From contig CAVPCQ010000019.1 of assembly GCA_963702425.1 (NCBI GenBank), positions 32,001 to 96,000 of the forward strand: DNA of 64,000 nucleotides. The letters run 5' to 3'. The DNA is from an uncultured Acidobacteriota bacterium (GTDB lineage Bacteria > Acidobacteriota > Polarisedimenticolia > J045). How positions within the stretch are numbered: the stretch's first letter is position 1; each line of letters begins with the position of its first letter. Of this stretch, positions 1 to 10,683 are shown piece after piece. The position numbers and the translations under genes are program-made. The notes below the pieces were generated by a model. The model had not been told where the DNA came from. It saw only the letters and a program-made list of their open reading frames with translations, and searched no databases.

Positions 1-332
1 ACCCGCTAGTGGTGGCGTTCTACTCGACCGTGCTCGGGGTCTTCATCCCGTCCGCGGGCAGCCGCTGGGTGATCGAGGCGCCCTACGTGCTCGAGGCGGC
101 CAACGTCCACCAGGTGCACCTGGGCTGGGTGGTGCAGATCTACAACGCGTCGGAGGCCCTGCCGAACCTGATCAACCCGTTCTGGATGCTGCCGCTGCTC
201 GGGATCCTCAAGCTCAAGGCGCGCGACCTGGTCGGTTACGGCGTGCTGCAGCTGATCGTGCACGTGCCGCTGGTCTACCTGCTCTGCTGGCTGTTCGCGA
301 CCTTCGTGTCGTACGCGCCGCCGGTGAAGTGA
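1..332 (+). CDS. atoE: Short-chain fatty acid transporter (AtoE/TIGR00366 family), 3' part only
   Basis: Frame is open from the window edge. Hydrophobic C-terminus carries FIPSAGSRWVIEAP and ALPNLINPFWMLPLLGIL..KARDLVGY, typical of the AtoE family. Confidence 0.75.
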   Translation, partial: PLVVAFYSTVLGVFIPSAGSRWVIEAPYVLEAANVHQVHLGWVVQIYNASEALPNLINPFWMLPLLGILKLKARDLVGYGVLQLIVHVPLVYLLCWLFATFVSYAPPVK

Positions 333-1288
333 TGCCCGGCCCGCCGCCCTTCCCGGTCGCCCGCACGCTGCGCGACAACCCGCGCAGCGCGCGGCGCGCG
401 CTGCTCGTCCGCTTCGGCCGGCCGCTGTCGTTCGCGGGGGCCGCGGCGGGGGTCGTGGCCGGGGCCTTCCTGATCGCCTGGGCGCTCAACGCGTTCTACG
501 TCCCGACCCAGCTGCTGGCGGGTGGCGTCACGGGGATCGCGCTCCTGCTGCGGGACCTGGCCGGCTTCCGGCTCGGGCTGGTGATCGCGCTGCTGAACGT
601 CCCGATCTTCCTGCTCGGGTATCGGGACATCGGCGCGCGCTTCGCCGCGCTGTCGGCGATCGGCGTCCTGGCTCTCTCGCTCTTCGCTGACTTCCTGCCG
701 GTCCGGCCGCTGACCGACGACCCGCTGCTGGCCTCGATCTTCGGCGGCGTGGTGGTCGGCATCGGCGGCGGGCTCGCGCTGCGGGCGGGCGGCTCGACCG
801 GCGGTTTCGACATCCTCGGCGTCGTGCTGAACCGGCGCTTCGGGCTGGGGGTCAGCGAGGTGCTGCTGTTCCTGAACGGCGGGCTGATCGTGGCCAAGGG
901 GTTCCTCGGGACGCCCGAGCTGGCGATGTACACGCTGGTCGCGATCTGGACCTCGGCCCGCGCGATGGACGCCCTGATGGCGTCCCGCCCGCGCAAGGCC
1001 TTCCTGATCGTCAGCCGCCGGAGCGACGAGATCCGGCGCCGGGTGCTGGAGCAGATGCGGCGCGGGGTGACGATCCTGGACGGGGAGGGGGGGCACACGG
1101 GCACCCCCCTGAAGGTCCTGCTGGTGGTCGTCCAGCGGGTCGAGATGCGCGAGCTGCGGGACGTGATCCGGGCCGCCGATCCGGCGGCTTTCGTGGCCGT
1201 CCTGGAGGCCAGCGACGTGATGGGCTACTTCCGGCGCCAGTCGGCGATAGACTACCTCCGCAAGCGGGCCGACCGCGCGGAGGACTGA
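332..1288 (+). CDS. YitT family membrane protein (C-terminal DUF2179)
   Basis: GGVTGIAL, LNVPIFLLG, GGSTGGFDIL, RGVTILDGEGGHTG and DPAAFV motifs. The ATG overlaps the upstream TGA. Confidence 0.9.
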   Translation: MPGPPPFPVARTLRDNPRSARRALLVRFGRPLSFAGAAAGVVAGAFLIAWALNAFYVPTQLLAGGVTGIALLLRDLAGFRLGLVIALLNVPIFLLGYRDIGARFAALSAIGVLALSLFADFLPVRPLTDDPLLASIFGGVVVGIGGGLALRAGGSTGGFDILGVVLNRRFGLGVSEVLLFLNGGLIVAKGFLGTPELAMYTLVAIWTSARAMDALMASRPRKAFLIVSRRSDEIRRRVLEQMRRGVTILDGEGGHTGTPLKVLLVVVQRVEMRELRDVIRAADPAAFVAVLEASDVMGYFRRQSAIDYLRKRADRAED

Positions 1289-1547
1289 CGGGCCGGCACA
1301 GAGGCCGGCCCCTACGGATCGCAAGCGGGCCGACCGCGCGGAGGACTGCACGGGCCGGCACAGAGGCCGGCCCCTACGGATCGCGAGCGGGCCGACCGCG
1401 CGGAGGACTGACGGGCCGGCACAACGGGCCGGCACAGAGGCCGGCCCCTACGGATCGCAAGCGGGCCGACCGCGCGGAGGACTGACGGGCCGGCACAGAG
1501 GCCGGCCCCTACGGATCGCGAGCGGGCCGACCGCGCGGAGGACTGAC
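1261..1547. repeat. Tandem array of ~61-bp units (4 full plus 1 partial), each a yitT 3'-end copy plus a GTAG-type REP
   Basis: Unit GC(A/G)AGCGGGCCGACCGCGCGGAGGACTGAC-GGGCCGGCACAGAGGCCGGCCCCTAC-GGATC. REPs at 1290-1315, 1352-1377, 1426-1451 and 1487-1512. Confidence 0.9.
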
Positions 1548-1550
1548 CCC

Positions 1551-2108
1551 GTGCCCCTGTATGCCCACCGCTTCGAGAGCCCCGTCGGGGAGCTGATCTC
1601 GGTGGTCGACGCGCGGGGGGGGCTGCGCCGGCTCGAGTTCGCCGGCCCGCGCGCGGCGGACGTCGCCGAGGGAACCCCCGGCATCGAGTGGGACCGGGCG
1701 AAGAACAACGTCGTGATGCACCAGCTCTCGGCCTACTTCCGGCGCAAGCGGCAGAAGTTCGAGCTGAAGCTGGCGCCCGAGGGGACCGAGTTCCAGCTGC
1801 GAATCTGGGCCGAGCTGATGAAGATCCCGTTCGGCCGGACGATCACCTACCTGCAGTTGGCCGAGCGCTTCGGCGACCCGCTGGCCGCGCGGGCCGTGGC
1901 GCAGGCGGTGGCCCACAACGCGATCGCGATCGTCGTGCCGTGCCACCGCGTGATCGGTTCGGACGGCTCGCTCACCGGCTACGGCGGCGGGCTGCCGGCC
2001 AAGCAGTACCTGCTGGAGCTGGAGGGGGCGCTCCGCCAGCCGACCCTCTACGGCGCGCTCACGGTCGCGGGTTCCAGGCGGCGATCTCGCCGAGGTCCTT
2101 CCGCCTGA
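1551..2108 (+). CDS. ogt: Methylated-DNA--protein-cysteine methyltransferase
   Basis: GTEFQLRIW, IPFGRTITY, ARAVAQA, active-site PCHRVIG and LTGYGGGL motifs. Confidence 0.93.
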   Translation: MPLYAHRFESPVGELISVVDARGGLRRLEFAGPRAADVAEGTPGIEWDRAKNNVVMHQLSAYFRRKRQKFELKLAPEGTEFQLRIWAELMKIPFGRTITYLQLAERFGDPLAARAVAQAVAHNAIAIVVPCHRVIGSDGSLTGYGGGLPAKQYLLELEGALRQPTLYGALTVAGSRRRSRRGPSA

Positions 2109-2736
2109 GGTCGGGCACCGCGGCGTCCGGGGCCGGGTAGCCGATCGGAAAGAGGATGTACGGCCTCTCGTGGGGCGGGCGGCCGAGCAGCCGCGCCAGG
2201 AATCCCATCGGACTCGGGGTGTGGGTCAGCGTGGACAGACCCATCACGTGAAGCGCGGCGACGAAGAGGCCGCAGGCGATCCCGACGCTTTCCTTGACGT
2301 AGTAGTTCTTGCGCGGCGAGCCGTCGGGGTTCTCGCCGCGGACCTCCTCGAACACGACGACCAGCCAGGGTACCGTCTCGAGATACGGCTTCTGCCAGGA
2401 CGTGCCGAGCGGTTCGAGCGCCTCGCGCCACTCCGGCGGCATCCGCCCCCCCTCGTAGGAAGCGCGCTCCTCGGCCTCGGCCGCGACGCGGATCTCGCGC
2501 TTGATGTCCGGGTCGTCGACGGCGACGAAACGCCAGGGCTGGCGGTGGGCGCCGGACGGCGCGGTCGAGGCGGTCCGGATCGCCAGCTCGATCAACGCGC
2601 GCGGCACCGGGTCGGGGGCGAAGTCGCGAACGCTGCGGCGTGCGTCCATCTGCGCGAGGAAGGCGCGCGCGCGGCGCAGCATCTCGTCCTCGGGCAGACG
2701 CGGTGGCTGGTAGGGAACGAAGCGGGGCTGACCCAT
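2059..2736 (-). CDS. Nitroreductase-fold flavoprotein, iodotyrosine deiodinase (IYD)-like
   Basis: RRSVRDF, TAPSGAHRQPW, IRVAAEAEERASY, SVGIACG, LTHTPSPMGFL and VPDLRRK motifs. Confidence 0.8.
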   Translation of the reverse strand: MGQPRFVPYQPPRLPEDEMLRRARAFLAQMDARRSVRDFAPDPVPRALIELAIRTASTAPSGAHRQPWRFVAVDDPDIKREIRVAAEAEERASYEGGRMPPEWREALEPLGTSWQKPYLETVPWLVVVFEEVRGENPDGSPRKNYYVKESVGIACGLFVAALHVMGLSTLTHTPSPMGFLARLLGRPPHERPYILFPIGYPAPDAAVPDLRRKDLGEIAAWNPRP

Positions 2737-2745
2737 GTCCCGAGT

Positions 2746-5700
2746 CTAACCGACGACGGTCCCGGCTCCCGCGCGCTGGAGCGCGGCGACCAGTTCCTCG
2801 ACGCGTACCGGCTTGCCGATGTAGTCGTCCATCCCGGCAGCGAGGCAGGCCTCGCGGTCGCCCTTCATCACGTTCGCGGTCATGGCGATGATCAGCGGCT
2901 GCCGCGCCGGGGAGGGGAGCCGCCGGATCCGCCGAGCCGCCTCGAGCCCGTCCATCAACGGCATCTGCACGTCCATCAGGATCACGTCGTAGCCGCGCAT
3001 CGCAGCGGCCTCGACCGCCGCCTGACCGTCGGCAACGAGGTCGGCCCGATATCCGAGGCGCTCGAGCATCCGCACCGCAACGCGCTGGTTGACCGGGTGG
3101 TCCTCGGCCAGCAGGATCGCCAGCGGGACGCGGTCCGCCATCGAACGGTCGAACCAGGCCTCCCCCGGCGCGGGCAGAGGCGGGACCGGCAGGTCGGTCG
3201 GCGGCGCGACGAGCGTGAAGTGGAAGGTCGAGCCGACCCCCACCTCGCTCTCGACCCACATCCCGCCGCCCATCAACTCGACCAGCCGCTTGCTGATCAC
3301 GAGGCCCAGGCCGGTTCCGCCGAAACGCCGCGTGGTCGAGGCGTCGATCTGCGAGAAGGGGCGGAAGAGCCGGTCGCGGCGCTCGCTCGGGATTCCGATC
3401 CCGGTGTCCTGCACCGCGACGTGAATCAGCGGCCGATCGGTTTCCCACCGCACCGCGGCGCTGACGCGCACGCCGCCGCGCTCGGTGAACTTGAGCGCGT
3501 TCCCGACCAGGTTGAGCAGCACCTGGCACAGGCGCGTCTGGTCGCCGAGCACCGCGGCCGGCACGGCCGGATCGACGTCGAGCACCAGCGCCAGGCCGCG
3601 CCGCTCCGCCTCCGGACGGACCATGTCGAGCGTTTCCGCGAGCGCGCGCCGCGGGTCGAGCGGCAGGCTCTCGAGCTCCAGTCGGCCGGATTCGATCTTC
3701 GAGAAGTCGAGGATCTCGTTGATGATCGTCAGGAGCGACTCGCTGCTGCGCCGGATCGCCTCCGCCGCCTCGTGCTGGTCGGGGTCGAGCGAGCTGTCCA
3801 GGAGCAGCGTCGTCATCCCGATCACCGCGTTCATCGGAGTGCGGATCTCGTGGCTCATGTTGGCCAGGAACTCGCTCTTGGCCCGCGCCGCCTGCTCGGC
3901 CTGTTCCTTGGCCCGCCGTAACTCGTCCTGCTCGCGCAGCTCCTGCGTGATGTCGTGGATCAGCGACACGGCGGCGACGACGCGGCCCTCGTCGTCGAGG
4001 ACGCGGCGAGTTGTACCACTCGCAGGTGATGATCCGGCCGTCGCGCGTGACGTTCTCCTTGACCGAGTGCCTGCCGCCTTCCGACCGGCCGAGTTCCTCG
4101 AAAATGGGCACGACCGACGGCCGGCTCGGCTCCGGCACGATCAAGCACGCCTGCCGGCCCAGCGCCTCCTCGCATCGCCAGCCGAAGATCCGCTCCGCCG
4201 CCGGGTTCCAGCCGACGATTCGATCGTCCCCGTCCCATTCGATGAAGGCGAGCGTCGAGTTGCGGATGCTGGCCGAGAGCTTCTGCTCCGACCGCCGCAG
4301 CGCCTCTTCCGCCGCCCGGCGCAGCGAGACGTCGCGCAGGTTCACGATCACGCCGCCGGCGTCGGCGTCGGCGCGCTGGTCGCTGGCCACGACCTCGAGC
4401 TGCACCCAGCGGGAGTCGGCATGTGCGAAACGAGCCTCGACGGGGGCCTCGAGACGACCGGTACCGGCGGTCGGGGCGGCCAGGGAATGCAGCAGCGCGC
4501 GGTCGTCGGGGTGAACCAGGTCGAGCAGCAGGTGGCCGATCAGGTCGGCCTCCGTCCGGCCGAGCACGCGCTCCACCGAAGGACTGGCGGAGCAGACCCG
4601 CCCCGTCGCCGTCCACGATCGCAATGATGTCCCACGAGAAGCGCAGGATCGCCGAGAGCCGCTGTTCGCTCCGTTCGAGCGCCAGGGAGGCCCGCTTGCG
4701 CTCGTCGATCGAGAGCATCGTCATCGAGACCATCGAGGTGCCGCCGTCGTGGTCGAAGACCGGGGCGTAGGTGATCTCGAACCACTGGGCCTCCCCGCCG
4801 CGCGAGGTCAGTTGGAGTTCGACGATCCGGGTCTCGCCACGGACGGCCAGGTGGAGCCCCTCCTCGACCGCGGCGCGGTCCTCCGGCGGCAACAGGGCCG
4901 GGAGCGGCTGACCGGACTCCACCTGCCGGCCGAAGAGCCGCTCGACGGTCTGCCGCATGTTGCGGTTGATCGAGAGCACCCTTCCCGCAGGGTCCATCAG
5001 CGCGATCGCCTGGACCCCGCTCTCGACGATCGCGCGCAGCTTGGCCTCGGACGACGATAGGGCGCGCTCGATGGCGCGCCGTTCCGAGACGTCGCTCACC
5101 AGCGCCGTGATCCATTCCTCGCCGCCCACGCGCACGTGCGACAGCGCGGCGTCGATCGCGAGCTCGGAGCCGTCCTTTCTCCAGCCCGAGACCTCGAGGC
5201 GTCGTGATGCCGGCCGCGTCTCAGGGTGGTTCCAGTAGTTCGCGCGATGCGCCTCGTGACGCCCCCGCACCGCGGGCGGGACGATCGTCTCGATCTTCCG
5301 TCCGCCCAGTTCGCCCCGCTCGTAGCCGAACATCTGCTCGAGCGAGGCGTTCGCGAACAGGATGGTCCCGTCGCGGTCGATCGTCACCACACCGATCGAC
5401 TTGGTCTCGAGATAGCCCTGCAGCAGCGCGCGGACACGGCGCTCCTCGCGCCGCAGCCGCCCGGTCGCGGCCGTCCACCGGGCGAGGCGCGCCAGCACCC
5501 GCGCGTCGAGCACGGAGCGCGGGATGACGTCGATCGCGCCCGAATCGAACGCGACGGCGAAGTCGGCCAGCCCGGTGTCGTCGTCGTCGTTGAGCAGCAC
5601 GATCGGCCACTCGGCCGCGTGCAGCCGCAGCCAGGCGAGGAGCCCATGCATCGCGTACCCGTCGGTGCCGCCGGGATCGACGATCACCAGGCGGTCGGCC

Positions 5701-5873
5701 GGATCGCCGGCGTCGGGGAGCGAGGTGGGCAGGCCAACGGCGCAGAGGACCTGGATCGGTCCCGTGCGCGCCAGAGCGGCAGCCTCCTGAGCGATCGAGG
5801 CGAGGTGGGTCGAGAGCGCCTCATGGCGATCAGGCGCGGCCACGACCCACACCTGGATCGGTGCGGATTCCAT
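2746..5873 (-). CDS. Multi-PAS hybrid sensor histidine kinase (REC-like, 4 PAS, HisKA, HATPase, REC), split by 2 frameshifts
   Basis: FLANMSHEIRTPMN, NLVGNALKFT, DTGIGI, FGGTGLGL and ILMDVQMP motifs. One extra base near 4602 and one near 4004; removing them joins the three ORFs. Confidence 0.88.
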
Positions 5874-5915
5874 GCAAAGTCCCCGCGGGGGCAGCGCCCC
5901 CGCACCCCGGGAAAC

Positions 5916-7823
5916 TTAGGTCCCGGCGGACCGGCGCGAAAGGCCTCGGCCCAGCACGACCACCAGCACGACGGCCGCCACGGCGAGCGCTGCCCAGAGC
6001 GCCCATTTCGTGCCGCGGACCAGCCTTTCGATCTCCGCACTTGTCCGCGCCATGTCGACCGTCACCGCCACGGTCGGCCGAAGGGCGAGCTGGCGCGCGA
6101 CGCTCCGGACCCGCGGCGCAGCCTCCAGCAGGGGATCGAACCCGGAGGCCAGCCGGACCTCCCCGGAGCGCTCCTCGGCACGGGACAGGTCGGGCCAGGC
6201 GAACCTCAGGGCGCAGCGCGCCCGCCACACGCGCGCTGTCGCCGGCGGGGAGGCGCCCGCCCGGGCCACGAGTTCCAGCCCCGTCGCGAACTCGGGCAGG
6301 GTGACGTCGATGAAGGCGAGGCACGGCCCCGCACCAGACGCGCCGCGGGTCCAGGCGCCGGCGCCGGCGGGCCCGCGGTCGAGCACCCCCGGCCGCGGCT
6401 GCCTCACCCACGCCGCTTCGACCTCGCCCTCGCAGCGCACGCCCGGCGCGGCGCGCAGCTCGACCTGCACGCTCGAACCGTCCGCTGCGGAGAGGGGCAG
6501 TGAGACTCGCCCGTCGACCGATCCCGATCCCGTTCCCGCCTCCGGCTCGGCGCCGACGTCGAGGACGAAGGGCACGACCATGCTGCCGGCCATCGGCCGC
6601 AGCCCGTCAGCGCGCACCCCCGGCTGCGCGAGCAACGCGTCCGAGATCTCGACCCGCACGACGTCGCCCGGCCGTGCGCCGGGGGCAACGATTGGCCACG
6701 ACAGCCAGCCGCGCGGCAGGCGGCCGGCCGGGACGAGGTCGGTTGCGTCGGCGTCGAGAGGAGGCAGGGACGCGCGCGCCGGCGAGCCGAGCGCCAGGCC
6801 GGCGACCCGCGCGTCGAGCGCCGCGACGGGGCGTTCCCCCTGGCCGTCGTCGGGCTCGGGAGCGACGAGAAAGCGCCCTGCCGACGTCGCGTCGAAAAGC
6901 AGCCAGGCCGGCTCGAGCACCAGCGTCGCCGTCTCGATCGCCGGGCCGCGCGCCGTCTCGCTCTCGATCCGCAGCACGGACGAGGGGAGCGGTGCGCGAG
7001 GCAGCGTGATCGTGCACGGCGCAGCGCAGGATGCGACGTCCGCCAGAGGCTCCCAGCGCCCCTCGCGCGCGGCCAGCAGGCGGAGCGGCGCGCCTTCCAG
7101 GCCGGTCCCGTACAGCTCGAGCCGCGTCGCCAGCAACCCCGCTGCCGGCAGCTCGACGCGCCACGAGCCCGCGACGGCCGTCGGGGTCACGCGCGCGGCT
7201 GCGGCCGGCGCGTCGCGGCCCGCCTTCTCGCCGACCACGACCGCGGCCCCGTCGAGCGCCGGGAAGCCGGCCGCCCGCGGCCAGTCGACGCGCAGGTAGC
7301 GGAACGACGCCGGGGCCAGATCGAGCGCGGTGCGGGCCAGCCCGGCTTCGTCTCCGAGCCGGACGAACGAGCCGCGGCCGAGCGGCGTCCACGATGCGCG
7401 GTCGTCGCTCCCGAAGACGCGCACCGCCGCCGCCGTCTCGCGCGTCGGCGTCACGAGGAGGCGCTCGTAAGCGACCGGCAGCACGCCGGCGTCGAAGACG
7501 ACGGACCAGCCGTCCGCGGTCTCGTCGGTGGCGGCGAGCGCGATCGGGTGTGTGCCGCGCGGTGCGGTCAGCCGGTGCGCGGGGAGCGTCCGGCCGCCGG
7601 CGTCGAGCACCACGAGCCGTCCGCCCGGAGGGCTCATCGCCAGCGCGTCGGCGTCGAGCGCGACGCGCACCCAGCCCGGCGCCGGGACGGCGAGCTCACG
7701 GGCCGGGCGGGTGTCGTCACCACCCGCCGCCGACGCAGCCGGCGCGACCAGGATTACGCCCGCGGCGAAGAGCGCCGAGCGGCCCGCCCGGCGCGACCAC
7801 CGCCGCCCGCAGCCGCCGCTCAC
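5916..7823 (-). CDS. Signal-peptide protein with C-terminal TM anchor, DUF3999-like partner of DUF2339
   Basis: GTG overlaps the DUF2339 stop. Signal-like N-terminus (ALFAAGVILVAPAASA), WVRVALD, RYLRVDW, and C-terminal WALWAALAVAAVVLVVVLGR. Confidence 0.6.
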   Translation of the reverse strand: MSGGCGRRWSRRAGRSALFAAGVILVAPAASAAGGDDTRPARELAVPAPGWVRVALDADALAMSPPGGRLVVLDAGGRTLPAHRLTAPRGTHPIALAATDETADGWSVVFDAGVLPVAYERLLVTPTRETAAAVRVFGSDDRASWTPLGRGSFVRLGDEAGLARTALDLAPASFRYLRVDWPRAAGFPALDGAAVVVGEKAGRDAPAAAARVTPTAVAGSWRVELPAAGLLATRLELYGTGLEGAPLRLLAAREGRWEPLADVASCAAPCTITLPRAPLPSSVLRIESETARGPAIETATLVLEPAWLLFDATSAGRFLVAPEPDDGQGERPVAALDARVAGLALGSPARASLPPLDADATDLVPAGRLPRGWLSWPIVAPGARPGDVVRVEISDALLAQPGVRADGLRPMAGSMVVPFVLDVGAEPEAGTGSGSVDGRVSLPLSAADGSSVQVELRAAPGVRCEGEVEAAWVRQPRPGVLDRGPAGAGAWTRGASGAGPCLAFIDVTLPEFATGLELVARAGASPPATARVWRARCALRFAWPDLSRAEERSGEVRLASGFDPLLEAAPRVRSVARQLALRPTVAVTVDMARTSAEIERLVRGTKWALWAALAVAAVVLVVVLGRGLSRRSAGT

Positions 7824-10572
7824 GTCCCGGCCTCCGGGCCGCGCGGTTCGGGCCGGCGGAAGACCACCTTCTGGTAGAGGAACGCCAGCAGCAGCAGGCT
7901 GGCGCCCAGACCGAGCAGTGAGAAGACGCGGTAGAGGTCCTTCAGCTCCGAGAGATCCCACAGGAACACCTTCAGCACCGCGGCCAGCATGACGACCAGG
8001 GAGGCCCAGCGCAGCGTCAGGCTGCGCGTCGCGAGCCCGGCCACGAGCAGCGTCACGCCGAGCACCACCCAGGCCGCGGAATACGCGTAGAGCTCGCCGC
8101 TGCCGGTCTCCCCGGGAACCAGCCGCGAGCCGTGGAACGCCTGGCGCACCTCGAGCGTCACCAGCGCCCAGGTCGCGAGCAGCGCCACCACCGCCGCGAC
8201 CCGTGCCCCGGCTTCGTCCTCGAGCCGCTCCAGCGCGCGGGCCGCGAGCGCCGCGAGCAGCGCGGCCAGGCCGTAGGCGAAGAGGATCGCGTTGAAGACG
8301 GGCGTGCTGCCGACGTCGAGCGGGTGCAGCAGCGGGTTGGCGACCAGCCCGAGCAGTACGACGGCGCTGCCGACCGCGATCGCCAGCACGCCGCGGGCCT
8401 GGGGCTCGCGCATCGGCCGCGGCGCGTGCCGGCTCCACCCAGCGACCGCCAGCCCGAGCGCGAACCAGAGCGCGACGATCGCGCCGGCCTCGGCGACGTA
8501 GACCAGCGGGTCGTCGCCGAGCAGCAGGGCTCCCGAACTCGCCGGACCAGTGACCCGGGCGCACGGGACTCCAATGGAAGTAGTGCCGCACCTCGAGCGC
8601 GGAGAGCGCCAGCGCCAGCGCGATCGTGCCCGTCTCGAAAGCGGCGCCTTCCCTGTCCCGCCCCTCGCGCCGGTAGAGGCATGCGGCCACCGCGAAGGCG
8701 ACGAGCGGCACGCCGTAGCCGAAGAGGATCCAGTTGAGGACCGGCATCCCGCCGACGTCGTAGCTCAGCAGCACGGGATTGGCGAACAGCCGCACCAGTA
8801 CCAACGCACCCAGCCCCAGCGAGAGCTGCCGCAGCACCGGCAGCGCCAGCCGGCCGGACAGCCAGGCCAGCGCGGCGGCCTCGATCGCCCAGGCGGCGGT
8901 CAGCGAGAACCGCCCGATCTCGAACGGCAGCGCCGCGCCGGCGAAGAAGGTCGCGGCCGCGGCCAGCGCGCCGAGCACGCCCTCGGCGTGCGGTGCCTCC
9001 TTCCGCCGCCGCAGCCACGGCACCGCGAAGGCGACGAACAGCGCGCCGAGCGCGATCGAGAGCACGCCCCACGGGATGTCGCGCCAGGCCGCGACCGTCG
9101 CCGGGTCCTGCGCGGCAGGGATGCGCAGCACCGACCAGAGCGCGAGGAAGTAGGTCACCGCCGAGCCCGCGCCGAGCGCGGCCCAGTGGTCAGGGCGCGC
9201 CGCTCCGCGCATCGCGGCATACGAGCCGCAGACCAGCAGGCCGCCGTACCCGAGCGCCGCCCAGCGCAGGATCGGCGGCGGGTCCGGCAGGCCGTACCAG
9301 CGCCCGATCAGCACGAGGCCCGCCGCCGCGGCGAGGATCGCGAGCGGCATGAACTCCTCGCGCAGCCGCGCCGCGACGAGGCAGCCGGCGGCGAGCAGCC
9401 CGAGGAAGAGCCACTCGGAGGCGCCGTACTCGCCGACCATGACCAGCGCGGTGAGCAGCACGAGGCCGGAAAGCCCGGCGGCGAACACGATCGCGCGACC
9501 GGCCTGCGGGTCGCGTCCGTCGGCGTGCAGCGTCGCGGCCAGGCCGAACAGCGCGACCGACGCCAGCATGAAGAGCCCGATGACGATCTCGTCGCCCGGC
9601 CGGAACCACAGGGCGAGCCACGTCGCGGTCCACAGCGCACCGCCGCCGACCGTCGCCAGCGCGATCCCGCCCCAGCGCTTCGGCCGCGCGGCGGCGACGA
9701 GCCCGGCCTGGAGCAGGAAGAGGTAGAGGAACAGCCCCGCCGCGCTGGGCTCCTTCGCGCCGACCAGTGCGGGCGTGAGGAAGCCGCCGGCGAGCCCGAT
9801 CACCGCGATCAGCACGCCGTAGCGCAGCGAGAGGAGCACCGCCGTCGCCGTCACCAGCGCCATCAGGCCGAAGCCGACCGGCGTCGGGATCAGGTCGTAG
9901 AGCGACGTCCCGGCGTAGAAAGAGGCGTACAGGTCGGCGATCCCCGCGGCCGATAGCCCGGTCGCGATCAGCTCCGAACGCCGGCGCAGGAACTCGCCCC
10001 CGACGAGCAGCGCGACGCCGAACAGGACGCCGAGCACGACGCGCGCGCCCGGTCCGAGCAGGCCGCTGGTCGAAGGTGAACTTGACCAGGTAGGCGCCGG
10101 CGAGGAAGAGCGCGATCGAGCCGAGCCAGGTGAAGAGCCGGGTGCCGAGGCGCTCCTCGAGCCCCTGCCCGGGCGGGGCCGGGACCGCGGGCTGCGGGAA
10201 GGGCGGCTGCGCGGGCACGGCGGGCTGCGGTGGAGCCGGGAGCGGGGGCGGGGGCGGGGGCGGGGGATGAGGAGCCAGGGCAGGCGACTCGACCGGGACC
10301 GGGGGCATCGGCTGGGGAGAAACGGCCGGCTCGGTCCGCGGGGCCGGCGGCGTCGCGGACGGCGTTGCCGCCGGACGCAGCGAGGCCAGTGCGCCCTGCT
10401 CGCGGAGGGTGCGCAGCTCGCCGCGGAGAGCCGCCAGCTGCCCCTGCAGGGCGTGGAGCTCGCGCTCGAGGCGTCCGGTGCGGAGGAACGAGACGAGGCC
10501 GAGGACCAGTCCCGCCAGGGGCACTCCGAGCGCAACCAGCGCGATAAACAGGAAGAAGATCGAGTCGAACAT
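7820..10572 (-). CDS. DUF2339 polytopic membrane protein, split by 2 frameshifts
   Basis: N-terminal TM, coiled coil and Pro linker, then EERLGTRLFTWLG and GLAGGFLTP; C-terminal KVFLWDLSELKDLYRVFSLLGLG. Extra bases near 10065 and 8533. Confidence 0.85.
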
Positions 10573-10683
10573 GCGTCCCCCGCCTGCCCATTATGCTGCA
10601 GTAAGCTGGGTTCCGGCTTACGTCACCGGGGCGACGTATCAGCCGGATCGGGGTCGCTTCCTGAGGGTCGAGGAGAGCGACCC

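Noticed and set aside
1261-1547. CRISPR array (palindromic 26-bp repeat with ~35-bp spacers)
   Set aside because: The spacers are copies of each other and of the yitT 3' end, the repeat recurs as a dispersed REP, and there are no cas genes.
5916-10535. Single 1539-aa protein as given in the ORF track
   Set aside because: It is a chimera of the middle of frameshifted DUF2339 and the downstream gene, joined by out-of-frame sequence.
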